DNA of 64,000 nucleotides from Thalia democratica (Eukaryota): NCBI GenBank assembly GCA_965202585.1, contig OZ241826.1, positions 40,176,001 to 40,240,000 of the forward strand, read 5' to 3'. Shown piece by piece: positions 1 to 14,180 of this stretch (position 1 is its first letter; each line of letters starts with the position of its first letter). The notes under the pieces were generated by a model. It saw only the letters and a program-made list of their open reading frames with translations, ran no database searches and was not told where the DNA came from. The position numbers and the translations under genes were made by a program.

Positions 1-2165
1 AACTGAGATAAGTTCGTACGCTAAGCGAGTTGTGGTTTGCTTTAACTTTTTTATTTAATAAAAATAATTGAATATTTTTTTTTTATTACGTGTTTACTGA
101 AACTATTTTGATAAACTTTAGGAACTGCACGTGTTTAAAAACATAAACGTCAGCTTAACCAATTAAACTATTAAACTATAATTATTGAAAGTAGTTAAAT
201 TATTTTAAAAAGACAAATAAATTGAAATAGTTTTTATCGAACTTTTAGTAGACCATCAAATTTCTTTTTACAAATTAATTTACTGCATCAGATAGATTGA
301 AAATCTTTTGTAACTTTATATTCTATGCTACTATATGCGAAAGATGTTTTCCTTAGTATATATTTAATCTAAAATTTAGCATTAAAAAAAATTAAATCTT
401 TATGTTTTATAAAAAAAAATTGATAAAAGAAAAGTAAAAAAAAGAAAAATGTGTTGATTTTTGTTACTACAATAGTTAAGGAATATTCTTTAGTGTTACT
501 AAGAAAATTTAATATGCATTTTGTTACACTTATAAACTTAACATTTGTTTTAGTTTTTGCTTCCTAATAACTTTTAAAAGTTGAATAAGCTGTTTGATAA
601 TACCTTCTAAAAGTATCTAAAACTTTAAATAAATATTTTGGTGTTTTAAATTCTCATTAGAGTAGTTATAATGATATTTTGTAATAAATATCGATAGTTC
701 TCTGAACTTAAGTAACCTGGTTTGCAAAACATTGATGAGTAAACCAGGTGAAAAGTTAATCAGAAATCTTTTAAATATCTAGAAAGCGCAAAAAAAATTA
801 TTTTTTTCGGAATTTCCCAACCACATTTTTGACGGATTATTCAAGGATCAACAAAGTGGCCGTGTAGAAAATTTAACAACAGAAAAAAAAACACAAAGTG
901 TTTTTAGTTCCATGAAATTCCTTAACCACGATGGTAAACTTCGTATTTTATAAGTAAACTTTGACACAAAATCAACACTATACAGAAGTGTTTTTATGCT
1001 TACTAAACAAGGTTTTAGATAAGGTGTACAAATTTTAGATTAAGCTGTATACAACTTCTTACAGTAATCAAAAAAAACTGAGATAAATTCGTACGCTAAG
1101 CGAGTTATGTTTCGCTTTACCTTTTACAATAAAAAAAGTTAAATAAATAAAGTTTTTTATTACGTGTTTTCTGAAATTATTTTGATCAATTTTATGAACT
1201 GCATGTGTTTAAAAACTTAAACGTCAGTTTAATTAACTACACTATTAAACTACAATAATTGAAATTAAATAAATTTTATTAGAAGAGACAAATAAAAATA
1301 ACCAATTTGTAACTGAACTTTTAGTAGACCATCAAATTTATTTTTACAAATTAATTTACTGCATCAGATAGATTGAAAATCTTTTGTAAGTTTATATTTT
1401 ATGCTACTACAAGCAAAAGATGTTTTTCCTTAGTATATATTTAATCTAGTTTTTAGCATTAAAACAATTTAAATTTTTCTGTTTCATTTAAAAAATTAAG
1501 CTTGAAAAAAGTATTAAAAAAATGTGTTGTTTTTTGTTGCTACAATACTTAAAAAAACATTTTTTAGTGTAACTAAGAAAATTTAATATGCATTTTATTA
1601 CTTTTATAAACTTAACATTTGTTTTTGTTTTTGCTTCTAATGACTTTAAAAAGTTGAATAAATTGACTGATATTACCTTCTACAAGCATCAAAAACTTTT
1701 TTAATAAATCTCATAAATATTAATTATTTTGGTGTTAAGTTCTCATTAAAGTAGTTATAATGATTCTTTGTAACAATTATCGATAGTTCTCTGAACTAAG
1801 GTAACCTGATTCATAAATTTTTGATGTATAACCCAGGTGAAAAGTTAATTATAAAACCTTAAGAAATCTATTTTTAACTAGCCACAAAGCATTTTTTGCG
1901 GAATTTCCCAACCATATTTTTACCAGATTGTATTTGGATATCCAAAGTGACCGTAGAGAAACAACAACAACTGAAATACAAAAAAAAAAATTTTTTTTAG
2001 TTCCATGAAAATCTAAACCACGATGGTTTTATAAGTAAACTTTAACAAAGCAACACTAAAAAACAACAAAGCTTTTTTAAATATTTACTAAACAAAGTTT
2101 TAATTTTGGTGTAAGAATTTTGGATTAATTTACGTACAACTGCTCACAGTAATCAAGAAAAAAAA
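1..2165. repeat. Tandem duplication, ~1075-bp unit (unit 1 from 1, unit 2 from 1076); diverged partial third unit from ~2167
   Basis: AACTGAGATAA(G/A)TTCGTACGCTAAGCGAGTT at 1 and 1076; collinear blocks (TTTAGTAGACCATCAAATT, GATAGTTCTCTGAACT, CGGAATTTCCCAACCA) in both units. Confidence 0.9.
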
Positions 2166-3712
2166 AAACTAAGTTTAATTGTATTTTTTATATTTCGTAC
2201 ACAAACCAAGTTATGTTTGACTTTGATTTATAAATGTTATTAAATATAGTAAGTTATATTAAAAGTAGTATTATAAGTTAGTAATAAATAAACAAGTTAT
2301 TAAGTTATACGAGTTTTTTTTACATGTATACTGAAGTCATTTAAAAAGTTTTATCAACAGTTTAAAAACTAAGCGTAACCTTAAGAAATTAAACTAAATA
2401 AGAAAAAAGAAAAAAAGAATTAATTTGTACCGAAAATTTAGTAGACCATAACATTTTGATTTAAAAAAAAATTGCTGATGAACTTCTTAAAGAACTAAAC
2501 AAAAATTACTTTAAGTTTTAGAAAATTATAACTTAACCATAAAATAATAATAGTTTTAACAACTTGATAGTTTTTTTAGTAAAATACTTTTTTGACTTAA
2601 AAGATAATAAAGACAGCAAAACCTTTCAGAAAAAAACTATTTTAGTATTAATAACTTATATTTTTTATGGTTTTAAGTAGTCGGCTAAATTTAAGTTTTT
2701 TAGTGTGAGAAAATCAAAATCACGTCACAAAAATTACTAAATTTTTTTAAAGTTAGATACGTTTAACACTAAAACAAAATCTTAAAAACAAATTAGTTAT
2801 TATTTTAACAAAAATTTATTAATAATTTTTATTTTTTTAATGTCTAATGGCCGTTTTTGTTACATATATTTAACATTAAGATGCTAGATGAAAAATAAAC
2901 TAATTAAAACAGTAATATAAAACCAGGCAGTTGGTTAAACATACATGAGTAAATATTTTGTTTAATGGTTTCAGCAGAACTTTTGACAGGTTAAATTATA
3001 ACAACAAATAACAAAAATCAAAAAAGATTTATTAGGATGGTATAAAACTTATTACAAAAATGTTTTATCATTAGGTGCTTATAGATGAGAAATATTTTAA
3101 CGTCATACCTTTTTGGATTACGAGTGATCCCAAACACAAAACAAAAAATTAAATAGAAGTTAAAACTTAAGCAAAATTTGATGACTAAATCAAAAAGTTT
3201 ATGTTTAAGCGTATAAATAAAAACTAATGACTAAGAAATAAATCACAGGTAAAGCAAGTATCACGTATAAAAGAAATATAAAAAATTAAATTTATATTGA
3301 CGAAAAGAAGTTATACCAATATCTAAACAGCAATAAATAAACTATTACATAAACAAATTTATGAAAAATACTAATTGAAAACCAAATAAAGAATTTAGTG
3401 ATGTGAAATTAAATTGATACGCACGTGAAAATAGCATCAACGTAAGCTTAAAATGCCAACCTTTGAAATTAGTGCGCTCTAGCGCGTACAAATTCGCTTT
3501 CTCAATAGTTTGAAGTAGAATAAATACAAGAGCTCGATAAAGCTTTTGTCAGTAAGAAGTTTATCTTGTGATAGTAGTTGCAAAGTTTTTTTTAAAGTAA
3601 TGCTTTAAAACTTTAAAGCAATTTTATTAATCAAAAAGTTTAATTGAGTAAGAAATTTAAAGAGCTGCTTGCATTATTATGAAATTATCTTTATAGATTT
3701 TGTTAGTTTTTA

Positions 3713-5254
3713 ATGAAAATACTGAAAATGAAAGTTGTCGTGGTTATAATTATTTTGGTAATCTTTGCACAATGTTACGCTAAAAACAAAGGTTAGTGTT
3801 TTTGTTTTAGCTTTATATTTTCTTAAAACCTTACATACTGTATTGACGTACAAAAACGTCTTTTAAAAAATCTTTATAAACTTGTTTAAACTTTTTTTAC
3901 TATTTTAAAATATAAAGCACGAATTTTTTAACTTTTGATAAACTTTATAAACAAACTTATATCTTTAAAGCGTTTTTAATTTAGTTTTTAAACGTTTTCA
4001 CAGACTCTCTTGAGACAAGGAAAATATGCAAACAGGTCGGTATCTTTACTTATAGTACAAACATTTCATAAATAAAAAGTTGTAATATAAGAAAGTTTAT
4101 TTTTTACTTTCAAGCAAAAAAAAAGTTATATATTTTAAATTTTGATTTAATCGAATGAAAAGTAAATGTTAATTGTTGTATCACTAATTGATAGTTTAAT
4201 AACGAAAACAAGTAAAACTATTTTTGTATTAATATATTTTTGATTTGATAGTTTGAATTTTATTTCCTCCTTTGAAATATATATAAAAAACTATGTATTT
4301 TTATTCAAAGTTCTATTAAAAGTAGACTGTACAAATTTTATACTTATGTAATTTAACTTATATGTATGATTTTTTTTCAATTATTCCAAAGAAAAAGTTA
4401 TAAATACACACTACAAAAAACTTCTATGAAGTTATTAAATATATTAATTAACAGCTCAAAACAATATGTACGAACGACAACAGCAACAAGAAAACTAGTT
4501 CGAAATGTTTGAAACTTGAAAAAGAACTAAACTGTAGGACAGACAACAATTTAACAGAAACCATGAAACGAAAGTACAAGTTAACTAAACGTAAACGAAA
4601 TAAAAGGGTTGGTTTTTGTTTTCATAAACTATCTTTGTTGTATTTGAAATCATTGTAAAATTAAACTAAGTGTTTGTAATAAAAACATTTTTGTTTTTTT
4701 ATAGCAAAAATAACTAAGCAGTTTCAAACGTACTATTTAATAACTACTCTACTTGCTCTATAATTTTAAGAAAAAAACTAGTTTTTTCTAGTTCCTAATT
4801 TTTTTACTGTACTTAACTAACTAAAAAACTTTTATGAAATATTTAAACTTATGAAAACTTTTTTTAGGCACTGCAAAACAAGTGTGCAAATGTTTTCTTC
4901 AACTCTTACTTGAAAAGGTATTACTACTTCTGTGACGCGTTGAAATACAGCAACCTCACGTGTAAAAAATGTGAGTTTTTGTTTAAGCAAGTGTTGAAAG
5001 TAAAACATACATTCCTGAACTTTTTTTTATATCTTAATAAAAAAATAGCATATAGTTCTATTGTTTAAAATGTTAATATTAATTTTTCTATATACTATTA
5101 TATATGCTATAATATTTGTTATGATCTTTTATATACTAGTTTGAAAATACTATACTTTTTTCCAGATAATAAATGCTCTTGGTTATGTGAATCTCTAAGA
5201 AGACAAGGATTTTGTGACAAGCCTTTTAATTTTTTACAATTCTTCGGAAAATAA
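3713..5254 (+). CDS. Secreted cysteine-rich precursor, 151 aa, 5 exons: 3713-3791, 4004-4035, 4455-4607, 4868-4970, 5166-5254
   Basis: Signal peptide MKILKMKVVVVIIILVIFAQCYA; all introns GT..AG with compatible phases (1,0,0,1); 456 nt open frame; polybasic RKRNKR followed by a 6-Cys domain. Exon 3 donor (GTTGGT) is the weakest part of the model. Confidence 0.7.
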
Positions 5255-7789
5255 TTTTAGAGCTTCAAAAATTTGCTACTACTTTTAATGAAACATAAAT
5301 AATTTCCATACAAAATAACTAACCAATTAAATTTAGGCTTCAAACTAATTAAGTATAAAAGAAGGTTTTTAGTTTGCGATAAAAGTAAATTAAATATTTA
5401 TTTGAGTTTTGTGATCATTTTAAAAAAACTGTTTAACACATACAATAGTTTCGCTGCTCTTTTACTTTAAAATTTCTTTTTTCGATACTTAAGCACTTTG
5501 TCATTGGTGACCTATTACTTTGCTCCAATCATATTAAATGCATTAAATGTCATATTTTTATTCGTGTTTTATTTTTGGTGTACTTTTACTAAACACCACT
5601 GTTTAAATGTTTAAAAAGTGTTAAATTGTTCGGTATGCAAATGACAATTTTTTTATCTTTTATGCTAAATATCCATAATAAATAACTATTTCATATTTTT
5701 CAAAAGGTAGAATCTTTTTTAACGTTTATGTAATACAAAAAGTATAAAATCGACTTCTTCTTAGTACTAGATTCAACAGAAACTTAGTTAATTCTAACTA
5801 ACATATTTTAACACAAAACTTTTAAATATGTAAAAAATAACAACTTTAAAAAAATACTATTAGAACAAAAAGATAAGTGGTATTTTAAATACTTAAGATC
5901 TATAACATATTTGAGAATTCCGATTTAAGAATATTTTTTGTGTTGCGAATTTTGTTCAATTACTTTTTATACTTTTAGAATAATCAATTGATACGATTTA
6001 ATAAAGAACTAAAACAAGTTATAAATTTCATTATTGCTAATTGAAATCAAAATTCTATTTTTTTAACTCAAGTAATTGTATAAATTTAAAGTACTTAGAG
6101 ATAACTTTTTTTAAAGTTTATTGATATTGTTTAGAAACTTTAAAAAATCCGTAATAAGATTTGAAATGTTCAAGAGCTATAAGGGTTTTTTTTAGACATT
6201 TTATAAATAGACTATGTTAAACTACTTATACCTATTACCTTCTATGAACGCGTAATACAGAATGTATGAGAAGTTTAACATTTCAAAATAATGTGTGACT
6301 TTAATTCTGGTTTAGGTATTCAAGTAGCACGTTTTGAAATTTATAAATACAATCTTATTTAACATAATAAAAAAAAAATCGACACTCAAAAAAAAATAAT
6401 GGACATAATGTGTAGAAAAAATGTTCAGTTTTTTTACTACTCACAACTTATTGACTTTAAGTTTTGCAAGCTACACCAAAACTAATTTGTTTATAAAAAG
6501 TATTAAAAAACATATAATTAGAATGAAATAAAAGTAAAATAAGCTCAGATTACTTTAAAATTTAATTAAAATGCGATTCAATGCTTTTTATATTAAAAAG
6601 AAAAGGCAAAGTATTAAAATAACAGCAAAGTAACTAACAATTCTTTTAATTTTAAAATGATTTGAATCAGTTATCTAACTTATAAGCTTTTATTAAAACA
6701 TATTAAGGATACTAACTAAAACAAATCAAATGAAACTTATTTTTAGAAACCTATAGTTTAAAGCTACAATTTAAAGTACAAAATAAATATAATAAAAATT
6801 GCTACAGTTTAACTAAACGTCATAAGTACACAATCTACAAATGCATTAAGGATAATAAAGAACGGGATAGTTAATTTAGCATCTAAAACAATTGTGGACA
6901 TCATACTATGTAAAGACGTATTTTCTATAAAAAAAATACTATTGTTATTGTGGTTAGGATACAACTTTATAACGAAACAGTGTTCAAAGTTTATGTAGTA
7001 AAGACACAAGTAAAGTTGTTCCTTTTATATCATTAAAGTTATCAGCTTAAGTTTTATAAGATACTGAAAAACTGCTTGTTTATGTTAAGTATATACAATA
7101 ACAAAAAGATTCAAGTGAAGCTAACTACATCATTATAAATAAACGACGAAAAAATAATTTCTTCTTTTCTATAAACTTAGACTAGTTTATTAAAATAATT
7201 TAACTACCATAAGTAATTATAAATTAAAAAATATAAATTATTTAGTTTTATTATTAATCAAAGTTTTACTTAGTTTAAAATTCTGCACAAAGCCTATGTT
7301 TAGCGGCATAGGCAATAAAAAAGTTCTAAATTGTATTATACAATGATGAAAAATTCTTTTTTTAAACCTATCATAGTATTTTTTTATTTTCAAGATACAA
7401 TAATGAACTCTTTTCCTTTATATTTATTTTTTCATTAAAAAATATAAAAAAAACACCGTACTTTTATGAGCTCATCCAATATACGGTGATAAACTATTTT
7501 TTAAATAAATAACAAAAAACTTAGAAAGAACAAAAGTGAAGTGTTTATGTTAACTAAGAAATTATACACTACTTTTTAAAACTAAAATAACATATAAAAC
7601 TTCTTTAGAATTTTTTGTAGGTTAGAAATATTTCTGCATGCAAAACAATATAAAAAAAAATAATAGTTTATATTTTTATATAGTATGCATTTAGGTTTTT
7701 AAAATTGCAAAAATAAAGTTTCAAAAAGACAACATTTATATAATAAAATGCGCATATTTTTCTGTTTCCTACTAGTTAGAAGACAATCA

Positions 7790-8698
7790 TTAAGAATAAA
7801 ACTCAACCAAATATCTTGGCACTACAAGCTTTTCATCGCAGACATAATGGTTTAAGTCGTCTTTGTTGTTTCCATTACAATCTGTAATTTTTCTTCCATG
7901 ACTGTCTGTTTCATATATATCTGCAGAAGCTTTCATTCCAGGTCTGAATTCTAAATGCCTTTCAAATCTATACTTTCTCGGGTTACTGTGCAGTTCAGGG
8001 ATACTATTATGTAATAGAATTGTAAATAAAGGTATAGCTAAGCTAGCGAGGATCAGCGATCCATTATAATTCCCGAATAAGATGAACGAGAGTACAGTTA
8101 GAACTGAAACTAGCGAAAACCATGTAACTAAGATTGGATGGCAAATTATTTTCAGTTTTTCTGACTCGATAACTTCATTAACTATTACGACCTTTCCTCT
8201 GACGTTTTTCGAATACAAAGCTTTCTTTAAGGAATGTTTTGTTGCTGTTAATGAGCTTGCTGTTAAGTAGATACCAGGTCCATAACGTCCTTTAGCAGAA
8301 GGCTTAAAACCTTTTTCAAGAATACCAACCGCATTGTAGACATTTGTTCCATGAAACAACAGGAGATTCTTACTTTTACCTTCAGCAGTATCACCATTTT
8401 CACGTTTTTTAACTCGATAAACTCGATAAATTTTCATTGTAAAATCTTCACTCAGAGCAAACTTTAAAAGGTTTATTGTTCTTTCTGTGAAGCATTTTTT
8501 AATGAGGTTATAATCTAACTCTCCATCTTTTATTTCTTTCAAAACATACATTGAATTTTCACTATACAAATCAACAACTTTTGTAGCACTGTTGTTTGTA
8601 ACAACAACATACTCTTTATCTATCACTTGGTATAGTGTCTTGAATTTGACATAAGTACGAAATAGGAAGTATCCTAGGATGTCCATCAAATATCTCAT
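7790..8698 (-). CDS. PARP/ADP-ribosyltransferase catalytic-domain protein, 302 aa, intronless, with internal hydrophobic hairpin
   Basis: PARP motifs LLFHGT (H116), GRYGPGIYLT (Y144), VIVNEV, terminal HYVCDEKLVVPRYLVEF; hydrophobic aa 189-208 and 214-229. Confidence 0.85.
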   Translation of the reverse strand: MRYLMDILGYFLFRTYVKFKTLYQVIDKEYVVVTNNSATKVVDLYSENSMYVLKEIKDGELDYNLIKKCFTERTINLLKFALSEDFTMKIYRVYRVKKRENGDTAEGKSKNLLLFHGTNVYNAVGILEKGFKPSAKGRYGPGIYLTASSLTATKHSLKKALYSKNVRGKVVIVNEVIESEKLKIICHPILVTWFSLVSVLTVLSFILFGNYNGSLILASLAIPLFTILLHNSIPELHSNPRKYRFERHLEFRPGMKASADIYETDSHGRKITDCNGNNKDDLNHYVCDEKLVVPRYLVEFYS

Positions 8699-11600
8699 AA
8701 TTAGCTTTGTAAATTCATTAAAACTTAAATCTATAAGAACTATTTTTTACGCTTTTATTAAAAAAAGTATGGTTAAGAGTTTTATTTCTAAAATAATAAG
8801 TAAACAGTTTTTATTTATGTTATTTCTTAAATACCTCTTTGAGTTTTTCTCAAATATTGGTATTAGAAAATTTTATAATATGTACAATAAGCTAATCTAA
8901 AAAAATTTTGTCACCGTGATTTAACAAAAAATCATAAAAGTTGTTATGAAACAGTTTCTTTTTTATTTTATTGCATCATAATTAAATAAGTATTTTACAA
9001 TGATTTTGTTTTTTATTTTTTAACCTACATTTTATTACAAATTTTATCTGTTCATATATATCTCACTACTTTTTTAAGCAAAAAGAACAATTTATAAGTT
9101 TTTTGTTTATTAAAGTTACTAGCAAAAGACTTGGCGGGTTTTGGCTGTTCTTGTTTCCTGTGCACCCCCTGAAAATATAAGAAGAAAAAGCTTATTAGAT
9201 TATTCAATAAAAAAGTTACTTAATCAGAAACTTATTTAATATAATTTGTTGTGCTGTTTTTTTACAAAAAACTTATATAGTGAATGTTGAACTTATAAAA
9301 AGTAAATCTCAAGAAAGTTTTCCTTAATTGCTTGTGCTTTGTTTAGTTTCAGCTGAAATATATTGAGAATTACAATTTGATCGTGATGTCACAAATAAAT
9401 AACATTTAAAAGTTTCCTTTTTCTCAATACAAACATTTTACTAAGTTGCTTATTATTTCTATTATTAAGCGATATTTCATAAAAATAAATAACTTTTATA
9501 CACTACTTATTAAATAGTACATAGTATTTTATAAGTTTTCGATGGAACTACAAAGTTTATTTACATTTAGTTAACCAAATAAAATAAATTTATGTGAAGC
9601 ATCCTTTAAGTTTTTAGCAATTAAAATTTAAAAGTTGAGTTGAATATCTTAACGCCACAACCCACATGTAGACACATATAAAATGGTTTTCCAAGTTTTA
9701 ATTCTTATAGTTCAGCTCTGACTATATTATTTGAACTATTAGACCACGACATTAGAATAAAGATATTTTAACACTATAAAACAAATTTTAATTAAAAATG
9801 TTTTGTAATTTGTTAAAGATAAGTGTTGACAACTTAGTTTGTATGTTGGACAGTTTAACTAAAAGAGATTTCAAAACCATCAATGGAACCCTTCACTATC
9901 AGACCACACATCATTTAAAGTTATTCTAGTTTTGAAACTAGCAATTATTGTTAAACAACTTTTTTTTTTCAAGTGATATTTCAATTTTTTATAAATTAAA
10001 TTACAAAAAACAACAAATTTTATAACAGAATATATTCCTAATAATAGTAATCATAATAACAATTTAATAATCATAACTACTTTTGAAATTTTACAGAATA
10101 ATTTGAAAGTCCAGTATCTATAGTAGTATGTTTAAGTTTTTCAATACTTAGAATTTAGTTTTTCACCATTTACTCTATACAACAATACTATATCTTAACT
10201 AAAAGGCTAAATTTTACTTTTTTATAGAGTAAATCTGATAGAAGTACTGCTTATAAAATAGACTCCTTAGAATTTTTTGTTACAAATGATGATAAAAATA
10301 TAATAACTTTATAAATACATGCTTTAATTAAGTTATCTTAAACCAAATGCTCTAACTTAATAGTAGAAATTAAAGCCGTTTTCTAAAAAGTTTTATTAAA
10401 ATCTACCACATAAAAAGAATAAATTATGCTACCCCACTAAAAAAAGTCTAGCCACGCCCCTGTTGCTAGCATAAGTGTTACAGTTTTTAAAGTCTTTCAA
10501 AATATGTTTGCAAACAATACAAAAGTCTAAGTTGGCCTTTTTAATTTTGCTTAATTAATTTAATACTATTATAATACTCATTGTAACTTCAAAAAAAAAT
10601 GGGATTTACTTACATATTAAAACAAAAAACTGTAGCTTTTAAATCATAATTTGAGCTTTAAAAAATTATAACTTTTTAAGTTTAGCTGTTAAACAAACTT
10701 ACATAAACTAAAAACTTATTTGATTTTATTCAAAAACTATTAAAAAAATGTTTTTAACATTTTTTGTTCTAAAACGCATATTTAATTAGCGTAAAATTAA
10801 AATAAATAATTTTAGATTAGATACTTCAAAATAACTATAATAGAAATTTGTCCTGGACATGACTTTAAACTGTATACTGGTGTATGACTCGATAACCATA
10901 AGGTTTTTTCGTACACGAGGTCCTAAGACCAAATATTTGAGCGCTAGTTTTTTTGTAAACAGTGGTTTCAAAATTTATAAAGATAACTTGTAAAACATTT
11001 TCATTGAGAAGAATATATTAGTTTTTTCTACTAACTAAATTAGAATATGAAGTATTAATTAGTTACACAGAAAGATATTAAACATTTACACATATAAACC
11101 AATATGCATATATTTATAAAATGTTACACAAATTATTTAAGGTACCTTTCTCCAATGTTTAACCAGCCAGATAAAAGTAGTATATAGTATTAAAAGACTT
11201 TTTTTTAATTATCTATAATTTTAAATCCATATATTTAAAAACTATACTTTTAACTTACTAAACGAATTAACAGTTGTTGTTAATTTCATTAACATACAAC
11301 TTCTATACATTTGTTTTAAAAGAATAAATTATTATTATATAGATTACTTAATACAAAAATAACTCTGAACTTAATTTAAATTGTTAGCATAATATATTTT
11401 ATGAGTTGCACTATGGTATCAGTCAACCAATAGCAACAACTTTCTTATCTTATTTAATGAAAGTATCAACAAAAAGCTGACAAAGTGAAAAAAAGTTATT
11501 TTTAAATAAAATAAAAAATGCAAACTTAATAACCAAGTCATTAGCTGACTTGCCAAAAAAAGAAGCTCTCAACATTGATACTTGATTAAAATTTGCTTGT

Positions 11601-12009
11601 TTTATTACATTATTTTATGCTGGACTAATTTGTATAAATGAAATGCAATTCTTGTCGTATTTATGTTTTTGACAATTTAGCCTATTCGATAGAAAACTAA
11701 GTATCAAATGAGCAAACTATCATCGATAATTTTAATAAACAACTAAATATAAAAAACCACACAAAACCTGTTTGACAAATTCAATTTAAATTAGACTACG
11801 CAACTAAGCTAAAATCTATTTATAAAAATCTCAATCTTAAAACTTTTTTTGAACGTAATAAAAATAAATATATAAAACTTTTTTTAATTCTAATAAGATA
11901 CAACACAGTGTAGCAAATTTAAATAAAGAGTTTTTTAAATTAAACTAAGAAATCGCTGTAGTATAGAAGTGAAAACAATATGATCACTTTATAGCATGGT
12001 ATCCGAAAC

Positions 12010-12250
12010 TAATTTTCATAAGGCCCTCTTTAAAGAACAAAAAACTATGGCCTCCTTTAACAAGATTTTTCAAAAAAAATACCCAAAAATACGTTTTAGC
12101 TTTTTTTTGTTATTTATCGTCAACTCCTGAATATCTAGTGTAAGTTTCAAGTTATGATGTCATTCCCACCTCTAAAGCCCCTTTACAACTCACGCTCCTC
12201 CCCCTTTAGCTCCTTTGTAGGACAACTTTTGAATGAGCGTGGGAGTCTGG
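12010..12250 (+). mobile_element. Degraded copy of the same hAT-type MITE
   Basis: Shares GAATATCTAGTGTAAGTTTCAAGTTATG and C-rich subrepeats with 25234-25611. Confidence 0.5.
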
Positions 12251-14180
12251 TTTTATATAACCTACAAGGTGTATAGTTCATTGTACTTGATCAAAGTTTA
12301 AAAACTAGAACAAAAAAAAGTTTTATGGTAAAATGAGTTTGGGAATAAGATTTTATATAACTTAAATATCAATTGCTATGTATTTAAAAAATGGTCAAAC
12401 TTTTCTTTATATAAATTTTTTTGATAAATTTACAAGTTAAATTTTAGTTTAATTCAGATAACTAACAATCTCTAATTTTAAAAAAGTGAATAATACTTTA
12501 CTTGTACTGGTTTTTGTAAACAGTACTAAAAGTTGTTGGACATTTATTTTTATTAAGTTCTGTTGTACTACGAGTTCACAAAGTTACTTAATTTCAGAGA
12601 TAACTTTTTCAATGCGTTATGTTTCTCTTACTAATGAGGTTTTTTTAGTAACTATAAAAAATTAGATTTTATATTATTTTTGCTAAAAAATTGATTAAAC
12701 TTTAAGCTAGAGTTTTATACAGTTTTTACACCAGTAATTTATATAACTTTAAGACCAAAAAATATATATTTGATTTCCTAAATTTTTTTAGTTCATTCAT
12801 TACGTAAGTTTATTGAAATAAAAGACTTTACTTGATTAAATTCTTAACTTTACTAAGTTAAAAAGGTTGAACTTAGCTAAATCAAAGTGTTGCAACCAAC
12901 TATATTTGCAAAATACTTTTTTAAAAGTTTAATTTTATCATAAAATCAAGTTTTAAGTAAACTTTTTTTATTAATTGTTGTTCCTGATATTAAGTACTTA
13001 AAGCATTTTGACTAAAATTAGTTTTTGAACGTATTTAGTTTTACGGCTGGTTTTTATTACATAATAGGAAGCTATTTACTAAAATTTAACTTTTAGCAAA
13101 GATGTTACAACTTTTAAGTAATTAGTCTAACATTGTTTGTTTGAAGTATTAGAATAAAAAACTTTCTTGGTAATTAGTGAACTAAAGAATATAGTTAAAC
13201 TTAAGCAAATTTGGTTAGTTATGAATAAATGTTATTATAAAACTCATTATTCAAGTTAATTTTATTATTATGTATACATTATCTGTTAAAATTTGACTTT
13301 AAATACTCTGTCCTTCAAAAACTTTATTAAACAAACATAGTTTTGTCTTTGGATTCAAATATAAGTTTTGTTTTAAACTTAAAATATAAGTCTTTTAATT
13401 TTATTTGTTACATGTTTAAACTATTATGATAAAGATTGTATACATTAATAACTTATTAAACAAAAAAGCACTATTTGTTACAAAATAATAAAATACATAA
13501 TTAGATTTTCTGCTTTTTTATTTTAATTGTTACGATTTATTACACCATAAACTAATTATTTTGCAGTAAATTTTATACATCTTTTGCAAACTTTAGTAAT
13601 ATTCAAAATAACTATAATAATTAATCTGTTTAGGTATTATTGTTTTTGCTGTAAAGTCAATTGAATTAAAATGAGTACTAAAATGTATACTTATATTCAG
13701 CAGCTACAAATTTTGTAAGAGTATACAGTCAAGGTTTTAAACTTTAAAAACTTCTAAAAAACTGTTAATAATTATCCAAATAAGCAACCTCGTGAAGAAA
13801 AAAATAGTTAAAAAACATGTTTTTATCAAAACCTATGTCTTTTTTAATTAACCATAAAATGTTTTTGAACAACATAACTTAAATACGTCAAAAGCTTATA
13901 ATAAAAAAGACCTTAAAGTCAAAGCTCCGTAGGAATTTCTTACTAAAAGCAAAAATAGTTGTTCTTCTTAGTAAATTTGTTGCTATTTAAATATCAAAAA
14001 AAAAAGCTATGGTTATAAAATTTTTATGGAATATAATATTAAAGCATATTTTTTTTAATGATGTTACAGTTTCAAAAGCATCTTTCCGCTTTTGTAAGTT
14101 TAAAAATTTTCATATGGGTTTGTATTGTAAAACAAAACATTAATAACAGAAAATATTTCATAATAATACAAAGATAAAAA

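Noticed and set aside
4705-4729. Possible 25-nt micro-exon in the secreted protein gene
   Set aside because: Including it breaks the frame of the 6-Cys exons
8082-8270. Plus-strand ORFs 8082-8270 and 8679-8900
   Set aside because: Antisense shadow of, or AT-rich ORF beside, the PARP-like gene; no motifs
9120-9172. GC-richer exon-like piece upstream of the PARP-like gene
   Set aside because: No phase-compatible join found; may be UTR
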